Shown here: in pieces, positions 36,615 to 51,083 of the stretch
How positions within the stretch are numbered: the stretch's first letter is position 1
Layout of the letters: each line of letters begins with the position of its first letter
Assembly: GCA_023213395.1 (NCBI GenBank)
Contig: CM041465.1
Coordinates: 137,027,741 to 137,091,740 of the forward strand
Direction: 5' to 3'
Length of the DNA: 64,000 nucleotides
From: Cycas panzhihuaensis
Taxonomy: Eukaryota > Plantae > Cycadophyta
Program-made: the position numbers and the translations under genes
Notes under the pieces: generated by a model
Seen by the model: only the letters and a program-made list of their open reading frames with translations
Databases searched by the model: none
Told to the model about the DNA's origin: nothing

Positions 36615-36981
36615 TGATATGATTACTATTTTGCTCTCCTTGCTTTGTGCACAAAATTTTTCTGGAAAGATAAGAACCTTTAGGCCTCGAAGTTTTCTCA
36701 AAAAGTCAGGACCTAAATTAGGTCAGAGGTAGTGGTAAGAAGGAATGTCTTCTCCTCTTTTTCATTGATTCCTTTGAAAAGTTGTATATATTTATACAAA
36801 CTGAAGTTAGTTTGTATGTGGGACATTCTGGTGTTCTATGTAGGAGATGTGTCACCTATGTACCTACTTAATAATTAGGTACCCTAAGTATCTTGACAAT
36901 GTTATGTATGCCTAATTGATAATTAGGTACCCTAAGTACTCTTTTCACAATAAGACTAGGACTATACATAAATACTCATCA
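36615..36981 (-). repeat. 5' LTR of the CRM-like element
   Basis: Adjacent to PBS-iMet and to the TSD. Confidence 0.95.
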
Positions 36982-37196
36982 TTTATGGCTAGCATGCTGT
37001 CAATCCTCCTCTGTGTTTTCATTGGGGTTTCATGTTGCGAGCAAAGGTTGCTCTCCAATAATTACACAGAATAGTGCTATAGATACAGCAGCCAGGTTAG
37101 CCTTGAAATCTTCCCCACAATCTGTGTTCCATATTATATTTGAATTGAAAAGATTTAATGATGAACAACTGCTTATCCTATCAACAACATTTGCAG

Positions 37197-37233
37197 GAAG
37201 TGAAATTAACTGGAAACAGATCTGCAACCAAAG
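37197..37233 (+). CDS. Candidate small host exon (SEINWKQICNQ)
   Basis: TTTGCAG acceptor, AAG|GTATAG donor; phases fit between 30463 (phase 1) and 38064 (phase 2). Confidence 0.25.
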
Positions 37234-38063
37234 GTATAGAAAAGGTGAGGTTTAAATGCAGCTTGAACAAATTTACTGTCTACTTACGTTTGGCAGATTC
37301 TGTCAAGTAATTAAAATACGTTACAATGTTCTCTTAGAATTAGGGACTGATTGAATTACTTCAGTAAGATCACACGACCAACTCAGCTATGATATAGAAT
37401 CTTCTATTGGAAATTTCTTCCCTGAAAATGTCCAGGGTTCCTTCCAACACTCTCAATCACATGTAGAATCCACAGAGATGCCTTAGGTGATAGCTGGTGT
37501 CAGTTGAAGCAGCAAGAACAAACCATGGCTGATTCAGATTTGGCAGACTGCCATGCCCTTATAGACAGAGTGTACCTTAAATTACACAACTGGGCAAGAT
37601 ACAATTTCTGATCTTTCTGCTGACAGTTCATATGATAATTTAAGATGATTCTTCTACTCTTTAAGTCACCTCTGGAAACCATGTCTCAGGTAAGGGCTAG
37701 AAGGAAAATAGTTGTGATCTGCCTTTCTTCTGCAGGTTGGTATTTCTTTGTGATCTGTGGGTTCCTATTACTGAGAGTGAATTCTGCTTTCAATTAATAG
37801 TTACACTAGGACTAGTGTCATAGACATGGTGGGCTGTTTTACCCTGGAAGCCACCCCTGCGTGGAGGTTTCAGCACTGGATTTGGATGATAAATCGTCAA
37901 CCATTAATAGCAATTTGTCTGTGTTAACCTTCTAAGAAAATCTGACAGAATGTGAGAATAAATTTTGCCAGCTTAGTGATTGCATTGCAATATAACCAAC
38001 CATTATCTATCAACTGCTCTTCAAATTCTTGAATTCTACTTTTGCATTGTTTTTTGTTGGCAG

Positions 38064-38224
38064 GTATTTCTTACACACTAATGAAGTGAGTGTTAAATCA
38101 TCATCTTACATTTCCGAGACTTCTAGTCTTACAGAAATTTTGCGCTGCTACTCACAGGTAGGGTATGCTGACAAGATTGCCAATGTGTGGATGAAAGTTG
38201 CAGAAGAATCCAATGGGTATGCAG
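38064..38224 (+). CDS. Candidate host-gene exon (YFLHTNEV...KIANVWMKVAEESNGYA)
   Basis: Strong T-rich acceptor TTTTTTGTTGGCAG, CAG|GTAGGT donor (alternative donor after 38157), open frame. Confidence 0.45.
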
Positions 38225-39342
38225 GTAGGTCTGCTGTGTCACCAGTTTTTGGCTTCGCTGCTACAAACTAGGATTCTTCTACCAGATATTTTACAAGATA
38301 GAGAAGAAACTCCAAACCCAAAGGGTCTCTCCAAAGTGGATGGTAAGGATATTCTTTGTGGGTGACTTGTCAGTCTTGTACACAAGTTCCATCCATTTTC
38401 TTGTCAACAGAGAGTCCCATGGCATTATAAGTTTTGGGAAGGATAATATAATCTACTCCATATTGTGTGGTTGGAAAGGAAAAGTTGCATCATTCCTATA
38501 GTTGATGTATTTGTTAAAATCTTCTAAATTCATGGCTTACTTGGCTCTGAAGTGGCCAAACTTTACAATTCTTTACATGCTTACTGAGTGAAGATATTCC
38601 ATGGGTTCAGCTGTCGTGTGTTGTATTCTCTCCAATAGTCCATCCTGTTTGCTCTCTGCAAATATGAAGTGGACAATTTTGTCTTAAGAAGAAATTTAGT
38701 TTTGGGCCATAGAGCACATTTCACATTCTAGTGGCTGATAATTTGCAGGGGAAGAGAAATTTTCTAGAACATGAATTTTGCTCTAGCAATGCAGACAAGA
38801 ATAAATGATATTCTTTTTGTCTGGAAGTTGCTACCTGTCTGTAATTTCCATAGTTTCTGGGTGAGTGCACCAAAAAGAGATTGTTGCTTGGGATAAGATC
38901 TGTGATTAATGCATTCTTTTCTCATTTTTTATTCGGCAGCATCATGTAAAGTCAGTCAATTTCCTGTAAGAGTTTGCAAATACTAACAAATGATTTCAGG
39001 GTAAATTACCCAAGGCATATATAGTTTGAAAATTGCAAGTATAGGTGCTTTTGTAGAAAATGTGTGTTTGCCATGCAGCATCTTGTTTAGTTTCTGTGAT
39101 CAGCAACTTTAATGGATTAGAATTGTTATAGCTTTTCTATAACTACCAGATGAATTTTATCGAAGGCATTACAGTTCAATCAACATAATGTTTTGTTTCA
39201 CAATTTTTACTGGGCATGCATACATGGGATGTAATGTGAATATTTCTTATTGGAAGAAGCTTCAGCTGTATCAACTTGGCTGATTTTTTTTATGGGGTGA
39301 ATAAGGGGTCAAAATGCTTAATCTACAATTTCTATTTTATTT

Positions 39343-40100
39343 TGTTTGACGTGTTCCTATATGCAATTGGACGGACATCTTATTCCACCAATCCACTTCA
39401 TGTGAGACAAATATTGAGCCAAAAACAGAACAGCAACACAGTGTTTCCAGTAGAACCAGTCTACCTCAAGAAATTTTGCACTCATTGAGAACTCTTCCTT
39501 CTATATGTACAATACATGTTACAAGTATTAATACTGTTTGGATTGGTAATTGCCCTAACATGTGTCACACATCATTAAGGACTTTGTAACACTCAGGGAT
39601 GGACGACTCACATTGAGTGATGACCCCATGATTCACCAAAACACCACTTGGATTCACTAGGACTCAACATTGATTTATGACCAAGCAAACATTTTAAATA
39701 TACATTAATTCTAACACTTCCTATTAATTTTTACTTCACTGGTTTTTACACCAATGTCTATCTCTGAATATCTAAAATTTGTCTTTGTGCAAGTGGTTTG
39801 GGGAAGATGTCTGCTAACTGGTCATCAATAGGCTTGTAAATTAGCTCAATCTTCCCATTATGGATCTGCTCTTTGATAAAGTGATGATGCAACTCAATAT
39901 GTTTGGTGTGAGCATAGAACATTGGATTCTTGGCTATGTTTAATGTACCTTGATTGTCATGGTACAATTTTGTTGTGTCCTTTTGGTGAAGACCTAAGTC
40001 ACCAAGAATTTATCTCAACTAGATTCTTGGCGGCTTCACATGCTCCTCCAGCTGCAACCTCATGCTCAACTTCAGTTGAAGAAAGTGCAATATTCTGTTT
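39343..40100 (-). mobile_element. Copia 3' fragment (RNaseH and probable 3' LTR ~39343-39716)
   Basis: DNQGTLNIAKNPMFYAHTKHIELHHHFIKE...QLADIF; purine tract then TGTTAG on minus. Outer LTR end uncertain. Confidence 0.75.
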
Positions 40101-40245
40101 CTTGTGTGTGCAGGCTGATAATCCAATGATTGATTTCATTTTTAATCATTTTTGGATCATAATCAAGTCCATAGATCACAATCATGATTGTGATCATAGC
40201 CACTGGTCAGGTCATTCGATTATGGTTAATGAATGGAAAAGTGAA

Positions 40246-43200
40246 TGTAGCATTCCAAATACTTTGGAAGGCTGTTTGGCTGATCTTTTGATGAGTAAAA
40301 AAACGGACTTACATAAAGTTATTTATTTTCTTATTTTTAGAGGAGTTTCTAGCTGACTTTTAATTCTTATTAAGGACGGTTTTTATATCTTTCCTAGCCG
40401 ACTTCCTTCACTATCTTTTGGCCGCCTATTTAAGGGTGGTTTTGGCCTCATTAGTATCATCAAGAAAGGATGTCTTGGACTGCTGTATTTATTTTTGGCC
40501 TTGGGGTAGCTTTGTGGACAGCATCTGACTTCAAAGAGGGACCATTTTTCAGTAGAACTTGCAGGAGCATTTAGTAACCTTGTATCTATTCAGTTGGTTT
40601 TCATTTTATGTTTTGTTCCTTCTGAACTTGGGATATTATTTAGTGGTTGTAGTTCATTATTTATTGTTGTAATTTCCTTCTTACTAGTATACTTTTGGAT
40701 TGTTATCTATTTTTGGAGTTTTTATTCATAAATAATATAGAAAAGAGCAATAAGGTTGGTACAAGTGGTATTAGAGCTTTGTTCAAAGCTAGGTTAGAAG
40801 AAGTTTCTGTAAGAAAAATCTAATTTTCTCCCTTAAGAATGGAATTGAGATCAAGGAAAAAATTTTCATCCAACAAAATGGTGAACCAAGAAACAATAGT
40901 AGATGTATCTCGTCGCGTTGATACTATTACCAATGATTTGGCACATATAAAGAAGGATATTCAGCTACTTATGAATACAATCATGGGAATGAAAAAGGAG
41001 ATAGGGCCATCTAGACATCAAAAACAAGAAGAGTACATAGAAGAAGAGGGAGATCTGGAGGATCAATCTAGTCTTGGAATCACAGGAACCAAATTCCTTT
41101 TAGAAAAATTCGACTTAGAAAGGTCTAGGGATATTTGCAGTTGGATCTTACAGTTAGAAATCTATTTCAAAGAAGCCCCCATGACAAAGAAAGAAAAGCA
41201 TGTGGTCATAGCCCTTCACCTTTATGGAAAAGCCCTAAAATGGTACTATTGGTGGCAAAGATTTTATGAAGGGACAAGCCATTTTAACTGGAATTTTCAA
41301 AAAATGCATCATTGAGCAATACAAAGACACACGTAATACTCTGATTATTTCGCTCAACTCATGTAGTTGTAATAAACTGGATCAATACAAGCATATACAG
41401 AATAATTCCAAACCCTTCATAGTTTGGTAGAGATAGAAATCAATGAAGAACAACTAGCCGAAGTATATATTGCAGCTCGAAAAGGAAATATTAAATACTG
41501 CCTTAAAACATTAGATGTATTGCAGCTTAGTGATGCTAGATGACATGCCAAGAATATCGAAGCGGAGTTTAGAGAGCAGGCAAAATTTTGTCCGACAAAA
41601 TGACCCACCTAGGCATCCAGGTCAGTAGTTCCAACCAAATTGGACGTAATCAGAAACAAAAGTAGAGGCCCTAACCTTTGAGAAAAAAGATGAGTTGTTA
41701 TCTCGAGTTGAACATATTAGGAATGAGACATGTTTCCACTGTAGAGGGAGATCATAAATATCCTGTTAAGAAGATGTTTATGATAAATAACAAAGAAGAC
41801 AATATACTAGAAGAACCTGAAGGGGAAAATCTGGAGGAAGAAGAAATAATTGAGATAAACAACTATGAGATTGATGACCTTCTAAACACCGATACTAACA
41901 ACATCCAGATTTCTCTACAAGCCATCATAGGAGAGGTCCTCACACTTTAGACGTTTTGATTTACAAGGTTAATTAAAAATGTAGAAATTTCGATTTTGGT
42001 GGACAATGGGAGCACTTGTAATTTCATAAACATATCGACCACAAACAAATTGGGACTCTAGATTAAACCACTTAATGTTTTTCAAGTGGCCATTGCAAAT
42101 GGTAGAACCATGCCCTGTGGAGGATATTGTCAACATGTGGACTTATGAATAACTGATTATACAATTACAACATATATGTTCACCATGCTAATTAGGGGTA
42201 TCAATGTTGTTTTGGGAATTCAATGACTACAAACTTTGGGCAATATAGTCACTAATTACAGAGCATGTTTCATGTGTTTTTACTAGAAAGGACAAAAATA
42301 TAAATTGCAACCTGCAGATACTCCTCCAACACAACCAGTTTCCTCTCAGTAGATGGAAAAATTAATGCGGAAGAACCCAACTTCTTTCATGCTCTCCTGT
42401 TATAAATTGACCATTGAAGCATTTATTCATTCGATAGCTAAACTCTTTTTTATTCACATATCCCCACAGAGGTCCAGAGCATCATTGACCAGTACAACCA
42501 AGTATTTGAAGAACTTCCTTAGGAATTACCCCCAAGTTGAGGGTATGAGCACGCAATCGAACTCACTCTACAATCAGCTCCAATAAATATTCGATCTTAC
42601 CATTGTCCATTTCATTTTAAACGAGAAATTGAGTGAATCACACAAGAGATGTTACAACAGGGATCCATCGTTCCAAGCACCAACCCATTTGCATCTCCTA
42701 TCATACTTATTCGAAAAAAGGATGGGTTTTATCGAATGTGCATAGACTATTGGGCTTTAAATAAATTAACCATCAAAAATAGATATCCCATTCCTCGAAT
42801 AGATGATTTATTAGATGAATTGCATGGGGCGCAATATTTTTCAAAAAATGACTTACAATTCAAATACTACCAAATCTGAATCAAAGCAAAGGATGTTTAT
42901 AAGATAGCTTTTCGAACTCGCAAACAATTATTTGAGTTTCAAGTCATGCCATTTGGCTTAACCAATATGCCAACAACTTTCCAAAGCATGATGAACCATG
43001 TTCTTAAACCTTATGAAAATTTGTTTTGGTCTTCTTTGTTGATATTTTGATTTTATTACAAGACTTGGCTAGAACATTTGGGACATATCCACACAATTCT
43101 TTATCTCCTACAAGACTAGAAGTTCTTTGTCAATAAGAACAAATGTATATTTGGACAAACAAAGTTAGAGTACTTGGGTCACATCATCACACCAGGAGTA

Positions 43201-44975
43201 AACATTGATCCCAAGAAGATTCATGCCATCATTAATTGGCCAACACTCAAAAACATAATAAGGGTTTGTGGATTCCTTGGAGCAATAGGCTTTCATGGCG
43301 GTTCATTAAAGGGTATGTGCACATAGCCGCACCATTAATTGAGTTAACAAAGAAAGACGCTTTTATGTGGACCCATAAGGCAGAAGGAGCCTTCCAGGAG
43401 TTAAAAGCAGCAATGACCACAACTTCCATATTAGCAACTCTTGGTTTTTCCAAACCATATATGATTGAATGCGATGTGTTGGGGATTGGAATAGGGGCAG
43501 TTCTCTTACAAGAAGATTGACCTTTGGCATATGAAAGTAGGTAGCTTAATAATTGACAACGTCTCAAACCGATTTACGATAAAGAAATGTTGGCGATCAT
43601 GTATGCTATACACCAATGGCAACAGTGTCTTTTGGGTAATAAGTTCATAGTCAAAACTAATCATGACAGTTTGAAATATTTTCTTAGTCAAACATCACTC
43701 TTCAATGAATAACAAAAATGGGTGAGCAAACTCTAGACCTTTGATTTCTCTATTCTCTATATGAAGGAAAATGAGAACATTATTGCATATGCATTATACA
43801 AGATCCTGACTGAAAGTTCTGGAGATGGTTAACCCACCTTGCAAAGCATCACAATAATTACACCCAAATGGATTGAAGAGCTAGTTCACGAATATAAAAA
43901 TGACCTTCAATGTCAAGAAGCCTTGTGAGAGATCGAAAGGGGAACACTACCAAGTACAATCTACAGGGAAAGCTAATCCCAAGGAAAGGAAAGACACTAG
44001 TTCCAATGGCATTTGCCATTAAGTAAAAAATTTTAGAGAAAGCATATTGTTTTGTAATCAGGGCACACATTGGTGTCAACAAAACTCATTGGGAGATTCA
44101 AGGCACTTCTTTTTCGAAGGGAATGAAAGCTAAAATATACAAATTCGTGGCTGAATATGACATCTACCAAATAAACAAAAGCGAAATTTTGAAAAATCCC
44201 AGGGTTACTCTAGCCACTACTTATATTAGAGCAAAATGGGAAGAAATATCCATGGATTTTATCACTGGGTTGCCTAAATCAGAAGGGAAAGATGCCATTT
44301 TTGTAGTAGTAGATCGTCTGACAAAGTATGCCAATTTTTTAGGAACACAGACAGTTGCTAAGGCTACTCAAATTACAAAGATATTTATATAAGAAATTTA
44401 CCATTTCCATGACTTTCCAAAAGTAATTGTTAGTGATAGAGATCCAAAGTTTACAAGTTTCTTTTGGCAAGACTTATTCAAAATGGTAGGGACTAAGCTA
44501 AACATGAATACGACATATCACCTGCAAACCGATGAGCAAATAGTGGTCGTTAATAAATATCTAGAAGGATATTTGTAAAACTTCATTGCTGATAAGCAAC
44601 ACTAGTGGCATAAGTGGCTTCATTTGGTTAAATGGTGGTATAACACCACGTACCATATCACCACCAAGATGACACCATTTCAAACTCAGTATGGTTTTGA
44701 CCCACCATCACTTCATAAATAGGCTCAAACTTCCTAGGTCCATATTGTACAAGAACAACAACAAATGTAGCATGTTTTGGAAGTTTTAAAGGACAATTTG
44801 AATTTGGCTAGAAACAGACTGAAACAAGAAGTTGATCTTCACAGAACTAAGCGAACTTTTATGCTAGGAGATTGGGTATTTCTTCGACTTCAACCACACA
44901 AGCAAACCTACTTACAACAAGTAGGGCGATACAAATTAAAACCTAAATTCTTTGGGCCTTATAAAATTTTGGGTT
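40246..44975 (+). mobile_element. Decayed Ty3/Gypsy, family D-related copy 2 (5' LTR ~40246-40763, PBS, gag-PR-RT-RH-INT; 3' truncated)
   Basis: TGTA...TACA LTR; PBS TGGTATTAGAGC at 40766; MELRSRKK gag; RMCIDYWALNKLTIKNRYPIP; WEEISMDFITGLP; KFFGPY. Confidence 0.9.
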
Positions 44976-45560
44976 GAGAATGCTTCAGAAGATTCTCCAA
45001 TAATACTATCTTTCAAGATCTACTCATGTTGCAATAACAACGCTTCTAGCTCATTAAATGAGATATATTTCAACTCTTTTTGATAGAAAAAATTTGTGAC
45101 AAAGTTCTCAAATATCTTCGATTAACTCCTCAACACTACAGTGATGATGCTTTTATCATCAACAATCTCCTTAACATTCTCTAACTGATTTATGATTCCC
45201 TTCATTATTTATAGATGCTCAACCATTGAACTTATCATTCCAAGGTTGTAAAGTCGATTATTTTTTAAAATAATGAAATTTACATCAATTTTTGTATTAA
45301 AGACAGATGTAATGGCCTCCCATGCTCCCTTATGGGCCTTTGCTCTTTTGATATTCTCCACCAGAGCTCTATTGATGGGCATGTTATTTAGCCTTGAAAC
45401 AAAGTCATTTTGCGGCTTAAACTTTACACTTTTCTAAGAAGCGGTTGTTATTTCATCTAGTAAAGGTACCTTATCCTACACAATCTACCACATCCCATTC
45501 ACCTATAGTAAATTGGTCAAATGGTGCTTCTAAGTGCCATAGTTTTTAGCACTAGACAAT
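44976..45560 (-). mobile_element. Degenerate Copia gag fragment
   Basis: Minus translation LYNLGM...IINQLENVKEIVDDKSIITVVLRS resembles the Copia gag core. Confidence 0.55.
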
Positions 45561-46038
45561 TTATCTTTTTGGGATTTGAACAACTTTTCACCCAATATAT
45601 TTATGTGAAAAATAAACATTACACAGATAAAATCTACAAATCACACAAGTGGGTGCTAAATAACCGTAGCATACCACACTCGTATGTTTTATTATTTTTT
45701 ATATCTTAATAACCCTAGTCATTACGAAGAGTGTTGGAAAAATGAAAAAATGTTAAGACACCATGCGAGGAGCTAGAAAAATATTATGTGGCCTATGCAA
45801 AATGATAGAGAAATAAATATTATATATGTTTGTACTTCCAAAATTTTAAAAGGGCTACTAAATAAGCCGAAAATGGCTTTAGCATCCTAATACTCCATAT
45901 GACCTGGGTGTTTCCGATTGAGGCTTGCGTTATGATGTTTGTTAGTCTATGAGATGATTTCGTTGAGTTTTATGCAATTTGATCTATTCAATTCAAATCT
46001 AGGCAACTGTGGGTTGAACTCTCGTTCATATTGATATG

Positions 46039-49000
46039 TGTTAGATTGGCATAGATCTATGTTTGGCATTCAACATTCATGCTTTATCTCAGTTCTTTAG
46101 CTTTTCTAAACCCAAGCAAGCTTCGTGCTTAATATTCTTTCTTTGAAAGAAAACAGACTTCAAAGAAGAATGATCTTGATTAAGTGAAAGAGAATGTCTC
46201 TATAAATACATGAAGTGTTGTGTAACTACTTACTATACGTAAGCCACTTGTCTGCCATTTGTCATTGTTACACAAAAGAGGGGACAACACATGACCCTTA
46301 TTAATGTCCTAGATAAAACATTATTTCTAACACCCTCTTTTAATGTCTTATCTATCTTAGGCCAAGTCTATTTCTAAGGAATTGAAACTTGACTTTGCTT
46401 AGAGGTTTGGTCAAAATATCTGCAAGTTGTTCATTTGTTGTGCAATGCAGCAAATCTATTTCTTTGTTTTGTACCTTCTCTCGAGTGAAGTGATGATGTA
46501 CTTTGTTATGTTTGGTTCTAGCAGGGAAGACTAGATTTTTGGTCATTTTTATTATGCTCTAATTGTCACAAAAGACTGTTATTGGTCCAATTTGTTGATG
46601 ATCTTGATCTGTCAATAGTTGTCTTAGTCAGATTGCTTCACAAGATGCATTAACAACTGACTTGCACTCAGCTTCTGTAGACGATAGGATAACTGTTGAT
46701 TATCGTTTGCTACTCCAAGATACTGTTACTGATCCATGGAGGAAGTAGTATCCACTTGTTGATTTTCTTTTTTTCTCATCTCCTACCTAGTCTGAATCAG
46801 TATATCCAATCAAATTACTTAGTTCTTTTCTTTGATATGTGAGTTTCGGATTTGAAGTGCCTTTTAGATACTTCAATATTCTTTTAGCTATTCTCCAATG
46901 TGACAATTTTGGTTCTTGCATGTACCTAGAAATTACACCCACAGAATATGAGATGTCAGGTCTGGTTGCAGTAAGATAGTACAATGTTGCATCAACTGGA
47001 ATTTCATCTATTGAAGAAGTTAGATCGCAGCCTATTTCCATAGGAGTTGCACAACTATTGGAGTCTTCCATTTTGAATTTCTTTAATAGATTCTTGATAT
47101 ATTTGTTTTGTGACAGGGTGACTGAATTCTTTTCTTATTCTATTTCTATATCAAGATAATAATTTAGGAGTCCCAAATCAGTGATTTCAAAAATTTTTCC
47201 AACTGTGACTTTATTACTGAGATGGATTTTGAGTCACTACCTGTGAGGAGCATGTCATCAACATATACAACTACTATTCTAATCAAACCTTTGTTTTTTT
47301 TCTTATATAAGCTAGGATCTGATTCACATCTTTGAATATTATTTTGAATGAGAAACTTGTTTAACTTGGCGTACCATGCTCTTAGGGCTTGTTTTAGCTT
47401 GTTTAGAGTCTTTTTTAGTCTACACACAAGATGTTCTTGACCACTTTGGACATATCTCTCTGGCTGATACATGTAAGCTTCTTTTTCAAGGTCTCCATTT
47501 AGGAAGGTACTCTTTACATCCAGTTGATAAACTTTCCAATTTTGCTATGTAGCCAAGGCAACTATTATTCTCACAGTATTTAATTTTGCTACTTGTGAGA
47601 AAGTCTCATCATGATATGTTTAAATATAGCTTTTTGCTATTAACCTAGCTTTGTATTTTTCTATTTTTCCATCATAGCTCTTGATTTTGTATACCCACTT
47701 ACAGTAAACAATTGGTTTACTTGTACGTGGTTTAACTAGATCCCAAGTTTTCTTTTTTGAGATTGATTCTATTTCTGTATCCATTCTTGATTTCCACTCA
47801 CAATGCTGACTTGCTTCTTCATATGATTGAGGTTCGACTGAACACAGAAGGGCTTGATGTTTTTGAGAGCTAGTCCTGTGATCAAATATGTTGCCTTTAG
47901 CTTCTTCTATTTTTTTGAGATACAATTTAGTTATCTATTTGGACGATGTGCTCTTTTCCTCATTATCTTCGCTGCTTGTAGGAAGTAGAGGGCTTCTTTC
48001 AGATTGTTCTTCTTCCTTCGTTGCGTATCCTCAAAGGTGATTCCTAAAACATCTTTAGGTGGAGGAATTTCTATAGGAGTCTCCCTTGCAGTTACTTCAA
48101 TTTCCTAATATACAATTGGACTTGAAACAATATCTTGTTCATTAAAAATAACATTACTCATATCAACTTTGTTCGTTGTTAGGTCTATGTATTTGTAGGC
48201 TTTTCAATATTTACTGTAGCCCATCATTATGCACTCTGTGCTTTTGCAATAAAGTTTTGACCTTTTTTAAATTTGGAATATGAACAAAAGCTTGATAACC
48301 AAAAATTTTTAAATTACTTACATCTGGTTTGTATTTTGTCCATGCCTCTTCTAGAGTTATTTTGCTCAATGCTTGCATTAGACTTCAATTTATTAGATAG
48401 ACAGCTATGTTTATAGCGTCTGCCCAATAAGTTTTTGAGATTTGTCTATCTTGGATCATGCTATGTGCCATTTCCATAATTGTCCTATTCATTTGTTTAG
48501 CCACTCCATTCAATTGAGGTGTATACGGAGTTGTGATTTATCAACGTATTCCAAGAGTTTTGCAGAAAGTCTAGAACTCTTTTGCAGTGTATTCACCTCC
48601 TCCATCGGACTTGATGCACTTTATTTTGTTTTTGCTTTCCAATTTAGCTTCAACCATGAATTCTTTGAATTTATCAAAAGTTTCAGATTTACTACAAAGA
48701 AAATAAATCTAATCTTTTATAGAGAAATCATCAATAAATGTGAGGAAATATTAGGCACCATTGATTGAGCTTGGAGTGATAGGTTCATACAAGTCTGATG
48801 TATTAATTCTAATTTGCTCTTGGGACAACATTCATTTTTTTAAAAAGGAAAACGATGTTGTTTACCAAGCAAACAACCTTTGCAGACAAAAGAATGAAAT
48901 AACATATCTGGAAGTTGATCAACTATTTTTTTATTTTTGTAATAACTCTAGGTTATCAAAGGAGATATGCCCATACTTCAAATACCAGAGTTTATTATTA

Positions 49001-51083
49001 TCAACATTTGCAATAACAAAAACTTTTACATCCTTTTTAGTAATGATAAGATTATAGAGCAATCTGTAGAGATCATTGCTTTCTATACCTTGAGCAATTA
49101 CAACACCTCCTTTTTTCATGTCTAAAGTGTAGTAGAACCCATTTTCATCAAATACAATTATTAGTTTTCTCTTTCCAAGCTAGGAAACAAAGAGTAAAAT
49201 TTTCTTTAGTCTTGGAACATAAAGGACATTTCCAATCTTTTGAACTATTCCTTTTATTTCGACTGCTATCATTCCAATTCCTTGAATGTTGAGGGGATAC
49301 TTGTTCCCTAACTTTACTGATTTGTTAAGAGGGTAGAGCATGAGAGATTTAAACCACTCTTTGCGACTTGTCATATGCTTGGATGCTCCTAAGTCGATGT
49401 ATCATACATCATCATCTTTGAGACTTGCAATGAGTGCAATTATGAACGTAGTTTCCTCTTCATCTTCATCAAAATTGTTCTACTCCTTGTTGAAGTTTCT
49501 AGCAAGTCTTTTCCCTCGCTAAATATCAAATCTTCTTTGAGTGAACTGATATGAAAAGTGGCATGTTTGCCCATAGTGATAACAAACATCAAAGGGTATG
49601 CAACTGCTAAAAAATGTCCAGGATTTTTGCAGTTGAAATAGACCCTAGCATCTCTTGGTCGAATAGAACGTCCCCTCCCTCTATTTTCTTGTCATCTACC
49701 TCTAGACTGGCTTCTTGTGTTAGGGATCCTTTCACAACCTCTTGAAGTTGATTGCCCACATCCTTTGGAGCCAAAGCTAAGTTTGGACAAAAAGGCTTCT
49801 TCGCTTTCTCTCTCCTCTTCATATCTCTTGTTCCTCTGTTCTTGCCACAGGAGAAGTCTTGTCAAGGTTTCAAAGGACATAGTAGGAATCTGATCATTGT
49901 TAGTTATTGAGTTTACCAAATTATCAAAAGATTTTGGGAGTTAACTCACAATCATTTCAAGAAGTTATTGTTCAGGTAAATTGGCACCAACATTGATCAG
50001 ATCATTTATGACAGAAGTTACTTTATGAATAAACTTTGAGATACTCTCTTTTTTCTTCATAAGCAATTTAAACAATTCTTTTTTTAAAGCCACAACCCTA
50101 GCCTTACTTTTTTGGCTATAAAGATTGACAAAAACCTTCTAAATTTCCTTTGAGAAATTCAAATTTTCAACATACACCAAGAGAGGATCTAAAATAGATA
50201 ATTTTAGAGTTATTACTCCTGCATTGTCTTTCTTATCCCAATTAGATTGAGTAGTTGCATCAATGGGTCTTGTTTTTACCCCTGTGGCTATATTCTAGGG
50301 ATTTCTGGGTCTCAACAGAGTTTCTATCTTAATTTTCCACACAAAATAATTGGTTTCAGTCAATTTGTCTTGATCATTTAAAGCAAGAATGGAAGAGGCC
50401 ATCTTAGAAACTGAGTAGAAGGTATCAAACTATGTTTTAAGATTATGGGTAGGCTGGCCATACGGTTGTACAAAATTCCGTACAAAAATACCACTATACA
50501 AATGATAATAAAAGCGGTCCCAAAAGAAAGATCTTGAAGTAAAGAGTCCAAATATGTAAAAATTTTTGAAGGGTCTTTTTCTATTTTTTCAAAAAATAGC
50601 CTGAAATCTCAAAGTGACAACTAGGGTTTTTTAATGAAAAACACTCGTATTTTTCAAAATACTTAATCACAGATCTTGAGAGTAGACTTAAATGAAGCAC
50701 ATTTAATGAGAGAATATATTTAGACTGATATTACTGTTAGAAAACGAGTATGCAAAGCTTTGATACCATATTAAAAAAATGGTATGCTATGAATACACAA
50801 AATGAAGTATGATGGTGAGTGAATGATACAACAATGAAGCACAAGGAAGATTAAATGTGTACAAGTTAATATAGGATATGAAAGAATGATCAAACTTTAA
50901 ATTAGAATGAATGATAATGTACATACTTAAAGTACAATCTCATCATCAATGATAGAATCCCATTAGTCAATCTTGGAGATAACAAACATCTCTTTGTGGC
51001 TCATAATCTCAAATATAATAATATAAATAAATGTTGAGGGAGTGTAGGTGGAGACAATTATGTAATTAGGTATTACACCCAAC
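46039..51083 (-). mobile_element. Decayed Ty1/Copia element F (gag from 50402, PR, INT, RT, RH)
   Basis: 3' LTR 46039-46332 (TGTTAGA...TCTAACA) with purine tract; PBS TGGTATCAAAGC at 50757-50768; YVDDMLL, TRPDISY, RTKH, QLADILTK. 5' LTR limits uncertain. Confidence 0.85.

Larger units (their letters stand above)
31126..36981 (-). mobile_element. Full-length decayed chromovirus Ty3/Gypsy element (CRM-like protease region, degenerate chromodomain-like INT tail)
   Basis: LTRs 31126-31491 and 36615-36981 (TGAT...ATCA); TSD TTTAT at 31121-31125 and 36982-36986; PBS TGGTATCAGAGCCC at 36597-36610; PPT AAGTAGGGAGAAAA; IIDNGSMKNLIS...PHPKPYTLGW; YLDDI; WESISMD; FGPY. Confidence 0.96.
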
